From Folioceros fuciformis (taxonomy: Eukaryota), in the NCBI GenBank assembly GCA_049999805.1, contig JBNGIO010006064.1:1-64000 (forward strand): a DNA stretch of 64,000 bases. Reading direction: 5' to 3'. The stretch's first letter is position 1; every line of letters starts with the position of its first letter. The translations under genes and the position numbers were made by a program. Of the stretch, positions 1 through 10,343 are shown piece by piece. Under the pieces are notes generated by a model. It was given only the letters and a program-made list of their open reading frames with translations. It was not told where the DNA came from and made no database searches.

Positions 1-160
1 CAAGAGAACCTTTGGAGACCTTCCAAGAATTATCTCCAAACCAACAGTGGTAGCTAGCGTCATCCAACTGCCCTACGCTAATCATGCTTTTTGTCAACTT
101 CGGAACATGCCTAACATCCTTCAATGTGAATGAAGATCCGTTGTGGAACTTCAGCCGGCA
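1..160 (-). mobile_element. Ty1/Copia pol fragment (protease to GAG-pre-integrase region), runs off the window edge
   Basis: Manual minus-strand translation gives LKFHNGSSFTLKDVRHVPKLTKSMISVGQLDDASYHCWFGDNSWKVSKGSL, a typical Copia pol segment. Similarity stops at about 155-160. Confidence 0.85.
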
Positions 161-185
161 AACTTTGTGATGTGAAGCAAAGGGA

Positions 186-299
186 GTGTGCCAGTCTACC
201 AGTGCACACCCACTATCTACCTAGATGATAAATTGCGCCGGTCAACCGGCGCACTTATAACGCAAGGAGGGTTGGAAGTGCGCCGATCGACCGGCGCCC
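186..299. repeat. Three copies of the 22-bp palindrome GTGCGCCGGT-NN-ACCGGCGCAC in the putative transposase intron
   Basis: Copies at 186-207, 233-254 and 278-299, read directly. Confidence 0.9.
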
Positions 300-345
300 T
301 TCCAATGCCTACATGAAGCCTGCTTAAAAAAACACGCTTACATAC

Positions 346-1563
346 CTTGTTTCTTCTTATCAGACTCGGCTCTTATGTTCCTTTTCAGGTAGTCGCAGGT
401 TGTACATAGCGAAAACCTATTGGTCTTTGGAATTCGCACTTTGTGGAAATGTGAAGCCCACAATTGACAGAAATAAGAGTAACACACACTGTTCTGTTCC
501 GCTTGCTGCATTTGCCCCTTGTACTACAAAAAAATTTCCTCTTTTGTGTACGAGTCTGGAAGATGGTACACTTCAATGTTTGGCACGCGTTTTGCTAGTA
601 GCAAAAATAATTGATCCATCCAAACACATGCGGCCATAGCGTGGTCTTGGGTGCGCTTCTCTGCATAGAGACAGCCCACCCACACAATGTTATCCAAAGC
701 TCTTTCTTTCGCAGCCTCGTTCCTGTTTTCGCACCGATACAGAAAACTCGTTTAAAGGCGTCCCGACAATAGCGTATCTTTGCAGATCCAATCAAAAAAA
801 GTCTCCGCTGTAGAGTGTCCATCAATAGCACGATTGACATCGAACAAGGTCTGCAAAAACATTTCTTGCTCTATCCTGCACATGTTTAAAAATCGGTACC
901 TCAAATCCCAAAAGCCTAGTTTACCTAAGGATCTAAGACACTGCTTTGCACAACATATCCTTCGATAATCTGCAGAAATACAGATCTCAGAGCACTTTGC
1001 CTCAGGTACAGTCGAGATTTTTTTCTTCCGACTGTGCCGATGATCTCCGAGAGCTTCAATCGGAGATTTGGATGATGGTTTCAGATTTCGCACTGTTGTG
1101 CCAATCGTCCTACCAGTTTCTTCGGACAACACATCTGCTCCTTCACATTCAGCATGGAAGCGCTCCCCGCTTGATCTTCTTAGTACCCAGCTTGCACTCG
1201 CATTTCCTTCCACATCCAGATTAACAAGGTTACCGTGCAAGATTGTGCCCTCCGCATTCTGCTTCATAGGTGTTGTTTTCCGGATCGTTGGCTTGAAAGG
1301 AGATTGTAAGCGCAATGGGCTTGTTGAAGTGTGGATGTCGTCAAGAAGACTAAGCCGTATAGGCGACGCTCGGAAGTCGATGTCGGTACCTTATGAATCA
1401 TCGACTACAAAGCATCATGACGCAAACAAAGAACTCTAACATAGACTTCCAACTAGAATACACGAATGCCCTTCGTGAACCGAATTCCTCGCCTACCTTG
1501 AGAGTTGAACTCCGCTATTGTCATCGCCACCATCTCGCGTGAGGAAGAAGCCTGCCAATCCAT
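346..1563 (-). pseudogene. Sola-like transposase, N-terminal half only (stops and frameshifts; catalytic part absent)
   Basis: Joined frames read RICCAKQCLRSLG...RFLNMCRIEQEMFL...YCRDAFKRVFCIG...CVWMDQLFLLLAKRVPNIEVYHLPDSYTKEEIFL*Y...SYFCQLWASHFHKVRIPKTNRFSLCTTCDYLK and end at an AAG|GTATGT donor at 346/345. The CCxxxC, CxxAF and F..lW..f..vrIP..rFs.CxxC pattern resembles Sola-type transposase N-termini as I recall them. The start position is approximate. Confidence 0.6.
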
Positions 1564-1921
1564 GCCAATGTCTTAAGGATTGCTCGCAAATGACCTTCCT
1601 TACAAGATGCAAGCTAACGTCACTCGGAGTTTGATTGAAGACACGTTTACACTGGCATAATTAAGACACCACTTGAATATGAACGTTTGATCACGATAAC
1701 AAATAGCGGTTATTGGTATGAAACGACGCCTACAATCGTTGTTGTGGCATAAATGCTAGAGACGTAGTTCAAACACCCTTGCTATTTCAGGAAACAAAAA
1801 TTCAACTTCACATTTGACTTCAAATCTCATCATTCAATGCTTAAGACATCCTTCTGTCCTTCTGGATCTGACTAGGTGTTTTGAAGTTCCATCATTCACA
1901 AGCTCTCCAGCACACTCGAAG

Positions 1922-4900
1922 ATGCCAGCTGGTCGGCGGAGCAACAAGCAACTGAATGCGGCCATTGACATGCAAGCATTGGAGGCACCACCAAGGTTGA
2001 AGAAACCACGACAGAGTGCGAAAGCTTCAGCTCGCACTGCCGCTAGCCCATTCGTGGAAAGAGAGCCATCGATGACCAGCGATCACAATAGGGGATGTTA
2101 CGCCACAGCCACCAGCTGTTACACTGAGGAAAGACAATTCCGCTGGGAGCGTCCGTGCCTCGAATAGCAACGCTAGCGAAGTTCATATTAACCATGTTGC
2201 TGTGACTGTGACTCAGGGTGACAGCACGGGTGGTAGCCAGAACCACAACATTCCAAATGCGTACAACTTTGTTGAGCGTTTGAAGCTTAAAAAGCTTGAA
2301 GACACGCTTGCCAAAAGGTTCAACACAGACAAAGAGTGGTTTTTCGTCATAGAAGAGCTTGAAGACTACAATTTGCCCTGGGTGCCGCTGGTGGCTCTGT
2401 GGGTTAACGGTTTCCAAGGCTTGCAGAACGATGAGGCAAGGAGGCCTGGATGGATTCTATGTGCATTTGTTGGCGGCGTGGAAGGGGAAACCTATGTCAA
2501 TTTCATATGCACGCGGCACCCACCAAGCCATATCACCGATGACTACGATAGCCACAGCCTTATTGTAGTCAATGTCGCGAAAGCAGTGCCACGGAGCTGT
2601 GAACCGATGTGGCTAAACACCGCTTTGAAAGATTGCTTGAATGTGGAAGATGTTAGTATTTATTTAGTGTAATGTCGGTTTATGTTTATAAACCCAGCAT
2701 TAAGTAACCCTAAAAATTTGCATTACGTGTTTCCTACAGGGAGGCGAACAGTTCTATCGGACTATCTTGCACACTCATTGCGTTTTGAAGAATCGTGCTC
2801 TAGCTTCGAGAATTGCAGGAGAGCGCCAGAGGGTATCCATCCAAGTAGAGTTTGGCCCCATCTCATCAAGGCCAACGGAGAGGGTTGAGAGACCGGTGGA
2901 GACGCCGCGCATGCAGCTAGAGCTTTCGGAAGACAAACTTCCTGACCCTAAACAACTAAGCGGTGAGGAGGAGAAAGAGATGGGAGATTATTGCTCCACG
3001 GAAGACAACCTGAATGAAGCGCTGGATGCGGCTTGAGGCTCAAGAGAGGAGGAAGACGGTAAAGAAGATTCACCAATAGAGATATCCCCACCCCGGAAGA
3101 AACAAAAGACGGTGCGCCGGGCTACCGGCGCCCCTGTGCAAGGGAAGAGGAAGACTGCAACCACCTCTCCGTCCAAGATGCGGAAGAGAAACACAGGTTG
3201 CTGACATAAACTCAACCGTTGTTCTTTCTGTTCTCGTCTGTGAAGAAACTGGTATCTTGGGAAGCCACTGACGTTGACATATTGCCTAACAACGAGAAAT
3301 GTTTCAGTGGCAGCTTCTTCATCGCAGAAGAGGAAGAACAGGATGGCAGGTCCTGTAAGCGAAGCAGCTGCTCAGCGTAAGCCTCAGCTGAAGGCGCAAG
3401 GTCCTACTTGCGAAGAGGAGCTGCCACGGACAGTGGAGACAAACACAGAAAGAATGGAGAGAGTTGCGCAAGATGAAGACTATTTCGCAAAAAAGCTCAT
3501 GCAAAACGGATTCGATCAACAACGTTTCATTTGCATGTGGACATTCTGCATCCGGCCAGTTACATTACAGCAGATGCACAGATACGGGAGGTAGACGAAG
3601 CGTGGATGAAGTGCCTGGTTAGGCAGATGCAGTCAGGGTCAATGAAGGAAGGCATTTTGCCTCTCCTTTGCATGATAGATCCCAAACAGGCTTCCAAGAA
3701 AGAAGATGTTTCGCTGGACAAGATCACAGCGCAACAGTACCGGATGGGTGTGCTTGGAGGAAACCACTGCTTCACAGCTATGCAGAAGCTGCACTAGATG
3801 TACCCAGTTGAGGACAAATATGAATGGATGGAGGGGCATGTTTATGCAGGAATGACAGATGAGGAAATGTAAGTCCTCGCAGTAGATCATAATGTGTATG
3901 CCGACAAATGAAAGAGAATGGGCTTCATTGAGCAAGTTCGGTATATCCACGACGAGCTGGATATCTTCTATAGGAAACATGGATTGGATGAGAAGCCCCC
4001 TGTGAAGTGGAAATTCAATCTCTACAGGTTACTAGGGATGACAGATAAGGCAGGTGACCCTTGGGACACTGACTGGGTGCAGAAGATGGTAGACAGGTAG
4101 ACATTACGATATCGGGTGGCCAGGTGTAGTGGGATCCTATGGGAGAACGTGGAAAGGATATTCAGGATGTGGGAAAGGAGTGAGCTGCCTGAACAGATAG
4201 CAGGAGGAAGCTTTGGCACAAAGAAGAGCGCAAAAGCAAAGAGGAAACCTGGGGAAGCTAGACTCGCTTCCAGTAGTATGCCAATGCCAGACGAGTCTTC
4301 GAAGAAGGTTGCAGCAATGCAGGTCAGGCCTTGGAGGGCTTTTCAAGGAGTCCCAGCAGGTGTTAAAGGCAAAGAGATGCTTATTGTAGTGACGTAGAAG
4401 GTTATCCAGGGGAAGCTGCACCTCAAGGACATGGACACAGAGGTGGGCCAGAGGAAAAGGATCCATCTCATCCAACATGCTTTCAGAATGGCTTTAAATT
4501 GCGCAACCTTTGAGGAAGCGGAAGTGTTGTATCTCAAGCATATGGAAGACGCACATCTCCTCAAATTCCAAACCGCATTTGCAAAAGTGGTAAGCTTTCT
4601 TTCAGATCTCTTAGTTTTTTTTCAGCATGCTAGTTGAAGTGCGCCGGTCTACCAGCGCACTCCAGCCATTTTTTTGCCTTTGTTATCCATTCTAGCTAGA
4701 GTGCGCCGGTCTACCGGCGCACTCTAGCCATTTCTTTGCCATTGTTACACATTGTGGTTGGAGTGCGCCGGTCTACCGGCGCACTTCAGCCACTTCCACA
4801 CAAAACGATGTAGATTCGGGTTTAGAGCAACGGTCTACCGACGCACTCCAGCCACGAGAAGAGTTTGTCTCTTTAGGGTTTAGGGTCAATGTAGTTCTCG

Positions 4901-6152
4901 ATTTATAATTGTGCTTGTAGTGTGGTTGTTCTGACCAAACTATTTGTTGGCAGAAACTTGCAAACGTAAATGACCTCGAATCATTGCCAAAGCCTTTCCA
5001 AGATTATGTGTATTTAGCAAGAAACTGGAAGCGCATGGAAGAGGAAAAATAGAAACTCGTTGACGTAGATATGGATGCAGGATTATCGAAGATTAGGGTC
5101 CCAAGCAGCAACCAGAAGACTAAGTATCAAGTAATCCAACGAAACGTTTTGGAGATGAACGCATTTCTAGTAAAACGACCATATACCCTGTTATTCACTG
5201 ATTTGCCTTGCGGACTGCAATGCCATGAATTTGACAGGCAGCTTACTAGCGAAGAACTTGAAGACATGATCAAAGGGTTTTCAGACTGCACGAGCAATAA
5301 TGTTTATAGGATGGTCCTCATGCATGGGGTGGACCTCATTACATAGGCTAGGGAAGCACTTCGGCCATGGTGCAAGAAGGCACCATACATACATTAGTAT
5401 GGGAGAAGACCAACATTCCTCCCAATGCAGGGGCAGTTGAGATTGTGGAGTATTTAACTGTTGAAAGTGTAATTCACTCAGAAGCTCAGACCAAAAAAGC
5501 TACTTTATTCGCGAATCAGGGATTTCTTTTGCCGAGAGTTATTAGGCATGGAGCCGTGGTTAAAAAACATCTGTTCCACTTGGCAGATTCTATGGTCGTC
5601 TCGCCGTATCAAAAACCTCTTGTTTTAATGGGTATGCAGGTCAATATGTTTTCAGATGAAGGAGACTGGGTAGTGGATGCGAGCGCAGGATCTAGGTCAT
5701 TCCTTCAGGCTGCGATTCAAAGAGGAAGGCATGTTGTTGCGATGGACATTGATATACGATGCACGACTTATATGATGCAGAGAGTGAATGGCATTGGCTC
5801 TTTGCCAGACGCTGATGAGGAGATCAGCACAGACCACTTCTCGCGTGGGCCCACAAAGTTTTGGGCCAAAGAAGTCTGCGTGGATCGTCGTATGCAGGTA
5901 TTTAGTTTGCTTGGGAAAAAGGGAGAGATATTTTGTCAATCGCACGACAGACCAACGGAAGATCTATACGCGGTGACGATTTGGGATGAGAATGGCACAC
6001 TTCCGCTTCAGATTGTGGACGACCCACATTTCTTTGTCTTGGACGTGGAGGGAGACAACTTCGGAGACACAGAGGGCCAACGCCTCAAAGATGTAGATAT
6101 AGTTGTCAATTCCAAGGCCAACCAAGACGTTCATGATTTGGTGTGGAGGTGA
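1922..6152 (+). pseudogene. Spliced ParB/Srx-like domain plus N4-cytosine/N6-adenine DNA methyltransferase (beta-class) fusion gene, about 1200 codons, inactivated
   Basis: Reconstructed exons are 1922-2651, 2740-3196, 3308-4589 and 4954-6152; all three GT-AG introns restore the frame. ParB part: QIREVDEAWMKCLVRQMQSG...GVLGGNHCFTAM...VYAGMTDEEM*VLAVDHN. MTase part: LLFTDLPCG...TLVWEK...SPYQKPLVL...MFSDEGDWVVDASAGSRSFLQAAIQRGRHVVAMDID. There are 8 in-frame stops and 3 frameshifts (about 2070, 3525 and 5378). Confidence 0.8.
4639..4846. repeat. Four palindrome copies at an exact 62-bp period inside intron 3 of the ParB-MTase gene
   Basis: Copies start at 4639, 4701, 4763 and 4825. Those at 4701-4722 and 4763-4784 are perfect GTGCGCCGGTCTACCGGCGCAC. 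Confidence 0.92.
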
Positions 6153-6522
6153 TTTGGAGAGTAGCTGAAGTCCGTAGTACATTATGCCTATATTTACATT
6201 TGGATGTTAAACCCTTTAAATTCATGGCATGTACATAGCCAACTTCCTGTCACCCAAACATACTGTAGAGTGCGCCGGTAGACCGGTGCACCCAAAGTAC
6301 GATTCGTTTTTTCTGGAAATTTTCATAGTTCAAATAACTTATGTACTAGTTGGTTGTGGGCTGAAAGCAAATTTGTGGAGATGGATGGCGTCCATGACAC
6401 GTCAAAACAAGTGGTTTTTTTTAAAAACGGCTTAAATGTGAATATGTGACAAGGATGGTGTAAATTCAAATGTGCACCAAACGGGCTTCATAGAATACGA
6501 CCGTTAGGCGCAGAACTTGTTC

Positions 6523-8342
6523 TAAGTCCACATACCACACAATCTCACCATTGTTGGATCCATTAGCAGACACAGAGTTAAGCATATGCTGCATGACAAA
6601 CAAGTTGTTCGAGTCATTCTGACTGTTGCTTGAGGCATAATTGTTTTGTTGCCTCCTGTTGCCTTGATTTCTCCGTGGATAGTCTCGTTCGAAGTGGTCT
6701 AACCTACCACAAGTCCAGCAACCACTATTGTCTGCATTTGCATCATTTTGTTGTTGATTTCCACGTCCTCTTTGACTCCCCTAGCCTCGAGAATTTCTCC
6801 TCTTCCACGTGTACTCTTAAACTGAGACTCCTAATTCTGTTGCTGATTTTGGTAGAAATTTCTACCTCTACCACCTCTTTGCCCTCTGCCACCTTGGGCT
6901 CTACCTCTGCCTCTGCTAGAGTAGAAGGCCTGCTCAGAGTTTTCCTTAGGCTTAGAGGATGATTCCTCGCCTAGGTTTTTCTCCTCTATAATCAACATAG
7001 AAATCAAGTATGAGAAATTGGGAATGTTTTCCCGAGTCTGTATGGAAGTCTTGAGCTGCTTATAGGCAGGTGTTAACCCGCGCAAGCAAACTTTGACCTT
7101 GTCGTCATCTTCCACACTGACACCAATGGACGCAAGGGATTCCACTATCCCTTTGATATTTAATGCGTACTCATTCATTGATAAGTTCTTCTTCATAATT
7201 GTGTTGAATTCATTCTTCAACTGTAGTTTCCTCGCCTTCATGTTAGTCTCATAGAGTTTGACCAACTCATCCCATGCTTCTTTGGGCAACTTTGCATCCT
7301 ATATGTGCCCAATCATGGTGTCATGAATGCTGATTGACAGCCAATACATGACCTTCCGAGATCCTTGACTCCAATCCTTCAGCGCCTTAATTTGTTCCGT
7401 TGTTGCACTCCATTCAAGTACTACAGGGGATTTTTCATGCTCCCCCTCAATGTAGTTTCAATAACCCTTTCCCATAAGAAAGTTTGTAAAACGAAACTTC
7501 CAGGCATGGAAGTTGTTTTTGTCTAGCTTCTCCTGCACGATCTGGTTAATACTGACACTGGCCGTTCCTGCCACCACTCAAGGTTGACACTCAATCCTTC
7601 TTGAGTACTCACACCTGATAAATATCTGCAAGAACCAGAGTGCTTTTGACTGGAGTTTTACTCACAAGACCTTAAGTCTCCGCTTCTTGAGAGCAATTTG
7701 GTGCAGAATCACGCTGCCTTGCGTGAACCAAATTGTCTCATGCTCCGTGTCCTTACAGACTCTTGACGGTCTGCTCATGAAGCTCCCGTGAGATTTCCTG
7801 TCAATTCCTTCCTTGCTACCAAGCTAGGGTTAGCACACTTTCTTGCAACTGTTGAGACTACTGCAGCTGTTGCCTCTACTTGTGAGCCCTTCCACAGAGC
7901 TCCGGGGACCAACAGCCCGTCTAGCAAGCCGACAGGGCCTTGTCGCCCTTCTCCTCACTTCCTGCACACACCGATATGAGAGTTAGCTGCCGGGAAGCTT
8001 GTTGCCGATCTCCTTCCAAGCTGCTCCAACTCCTCGTAGCTGCTCCAGCTCCTGGTGTGCACTCTTACTGCCTCTTGCAACACCTCCTACGCCGATCTTA
8101 CATCGCCTTTAGGTGTAGCCGCTTGGCTCTCCGGCTCTGGGCTACGCTTGGCAACCAGGCTCTCAAGCTCTGATAGCACGTCAATAGGATCAACTCCAGT
8201 CTATGTGCAAGTGTAGGAGAAGAGAGGAGAAGATGAGAGGGTGGTATTGGTGGTCACAACCAAAAACAATACACATCACCACTGTCTTACTATGGAGGTC
8301 CGAGGTCTCCATTTAAGTAGTGCATGTCCGAGCCTATTGACA
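6523..8342 (-). mobile_element. Ty1/Copia element 5' part: LTR (8179-8342), tRNA-Met PBS, leader, gag and start of protease
   Basis: LTR ends (c)GTCAATAGG...CCTATTGACA form a near-perfect 10-bp inverted repeat. The PBS reads TGCTATCAGAGC (8167-8178, minus), one change from TGGTATCAGAGC. Gag reads KLDKNNFHAWKFR...PKEAWDELVKLYETNMKARKLQLKNEF. The protease motif IVWYVD breaks off at about 6523. Confidence 0.9.
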
Positions 8343-9395
8343 CCATCTGTATTTAGTTTAGTTTTAAAGACCCACTTGCAGCTAATAGGCTTCCTTCCAT
8401 CTACCAGGTCTACCAACTCCCAAGTGTGGTTCTTAACAAGAGAGTTGTACTTGTCAGCAATAGAAACTCTTCACCTCTCACCATCAGGACCTGACAGAGC
8501 TGCAGCATAAGATTGAGGATCACATCACACTTCAAGTACTCTCAAGTGTATTACATGAGCATGAGGACACCTAAAAGCAATAGATTGATACGGGGGTTTT
8601 GACCATTGTTCTCTGGGTCGTGTATCACAAGTGGGATAGTGAATCGTGAGGCGCTGGATGTAGAATAGGAGCTATTGGTTGAGCAAGAAGGTCAGCTAGA
8701 TCTTCACCAGAAGCAGAACCCTCATCATCAGTCAAGTTATCATCCTACTCATCATCTAAAGAAACAACCGCATCCGGAACATTGTCATCAATGGTCATAT
8801 CAACATGTCTAGGCTCTGGAGGTGAAGGCAAATTAACATCTTGAACTGAATCTAGCACATCCTCAAGCTCAAACAACTCTACTATTGATTCACCATTTGA
8901 TCCAAGATATTCACTAGGAGGTGCACGTAGAGGCTCAGTCTCTTAAGAACTAACATTAGTGTCCTCTCCAACATGAGTAGTAACAACATCTGTATCTACC
9001 CCCACTGAACCAAGCTGGTATGAAACAAGACTTGTCCTTGGAGAAGTAGGCTCCTCAAAAACCACACCATGAGCCAGCACCACTCGTTGGGTTAGAGAAT
9101 CAAGCAACCTATAAGCTTTCAAAGTCTTAGAATAACCTAGGAAGAGAAAAGGTTTTGCTCTATCATCAAGCTTACAGCGTCATTGCTTAGGAACATAGGC
9201 ATAGGCCAAGGAGCCAAATGCTCTTACATGTAGAAGACTTGGTTTCTTCTTCCAGAAAACTTCATGGTGTTTTTCTTGGAACTTCTACCATAAGAACTTT
9301 GTTCAAGATGTAAGCAGTTGTGGAGATGGCTTTGGCCCAAAATCTCCTAGGTAACCTAGCCCAGCTAAGCGTGCTCTGAGTCATACCCATAACAA
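8343..9395 (-). mobile_element. Ty1/Copia pol fragment (integrase C-terminus to RT start), interrupted on both sides by other Copia insertions
   Basis: Minus strand reads ARLPRRFWAKAISTTAYILNKV near 9300-9385 and KNHTWELVDLVDGRKPISCKWVFKTKLNTDG near 8343-8435. Confidence 0.85.
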
Positions 9396-9399
9396 CGTC

Positions 9400-10343
9400 T
9401 GAAATAAATTGAGTCTGTCCTCAAACTGAAGGATCGCTTGAGGAGCCACATGGTGAAGGAGGAGAGGAGGAAGCAAGGAGGAGAGGAGAAAGAGAAGTCA
9501 CACTCTCACAATGTCTTAATATTGCAAGGGAGCTCAAGGGTGTATTTATACCCTCTAGAAGAGCTCCCAAGGAAGCTTCACAAGAAGCGCACAGGAAGCT
9601 GCGCAAGAAGCTTCCTACAGATTAGCTACTAATCTAAACAAATGATACTTAACTAGACACTAATATTAGACTAAACACATTAGTCTAACCCCATTGGGCT
9701 TTAATAACCCTACAACCTCCCACTTAAAGGCCAATTTATCTTCGTAGGAGAGTGGTCTACCTCATGCCCATGAGTGTGCAAGCTTGTGCGAATTGCTTTG
9801 AAGAGAGACCCTTGGTAAGAATATCTGCAAGGTTCTGACTGGTGTGAACTTTGATAAGCTGTACCCTCTTGTCTTCCAACACCTCTTGAATGAAGTGATA
9901 CTTCACTTTCACATGTTTGGTCTTTGCATGAAACACTAGATTCTTCGCCAATTGGATAACACTTTGGCTATCACAATGCAACACTAGCAGCTCAACCTTG
10001 ATCCCCAAATCTCCCACTAAACGAGCAAGCCACATGACTTCCTTGCAAGTCGTAGTCGCTGCAACATACTCGGCCTCTGTGGTAGATAGCATTATGCACG
10101 ATTGCAAACAAGATCGCCACGAGATTGCCCCTCCAGTGCACATGAAGACATAACCTGATGTGGACCTCCTTTTGTCTATATCCCTTGCATAATCAACACT
10201 TGTATATCCCACTATAGATGCATCTTCACAACCAAAACATAAGCACAAAGCTTTTGTACCATTCAAGTACCTCATAACTCCTTTCACTACCGCCTAATGC
10301 TTCGTGCCAGGGTTTGACATAAACCTGATAACCACTCCCACTA
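9400..10343 (-). mobile_element. Ty1/Copia 3' part: RT end/RNase H, PPT and 3' LTR (about 9400-9714)
   Basis: ORF 9757-10287 has RRSTSGYVF...LSTTEAEYVA...LHCDSQS...TKHVKVKYHFI...NLADILTKGL. A purine tract AAGTGGGAGG is followed by TGTAGGG at 9714 on the minus strand. Confidence 0.88.

Larger units (their letters stand above)
160..6522. mobile_element. Decayed Sola-like DNA transposon carrying a ParB-DNA methyltransferase cargo gene; left part truncated
   Basis: Flanked on both sides by Copia coding sequence. Contains a transposase-like gene (minus), a divergent ParB-MTase gene (plus) and nine copies of one 22-bp palindrome that I did not see elsewhere in the window. No TIR pair or TSD can be shown. 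Confidence 0.65.

Noticed and set aside
4639-4846. CRISPR-like array (palindromic repeats at fixed spacing)
   Set aside because: The first two spacers are homologous to each other, there are no cas genes, the array sits in a spliceosomal intron, and the same motif occurs singly elsewhere in the element.
1922-6152. Bacterial or phage contamination as the source of the ParB-MTase
   Set aside because: It has three frame-restoring GT-AG introns, is contiguous with plant Copia sequence on both sides, and shows decay typical of plant methylated DNA.
6270-6291. Helitron 3' hairpin
   Set aside because: There is no CTRR end a few bases downstream and no Rep/helicase sequence, and the hairpin is one of nine internal copies.
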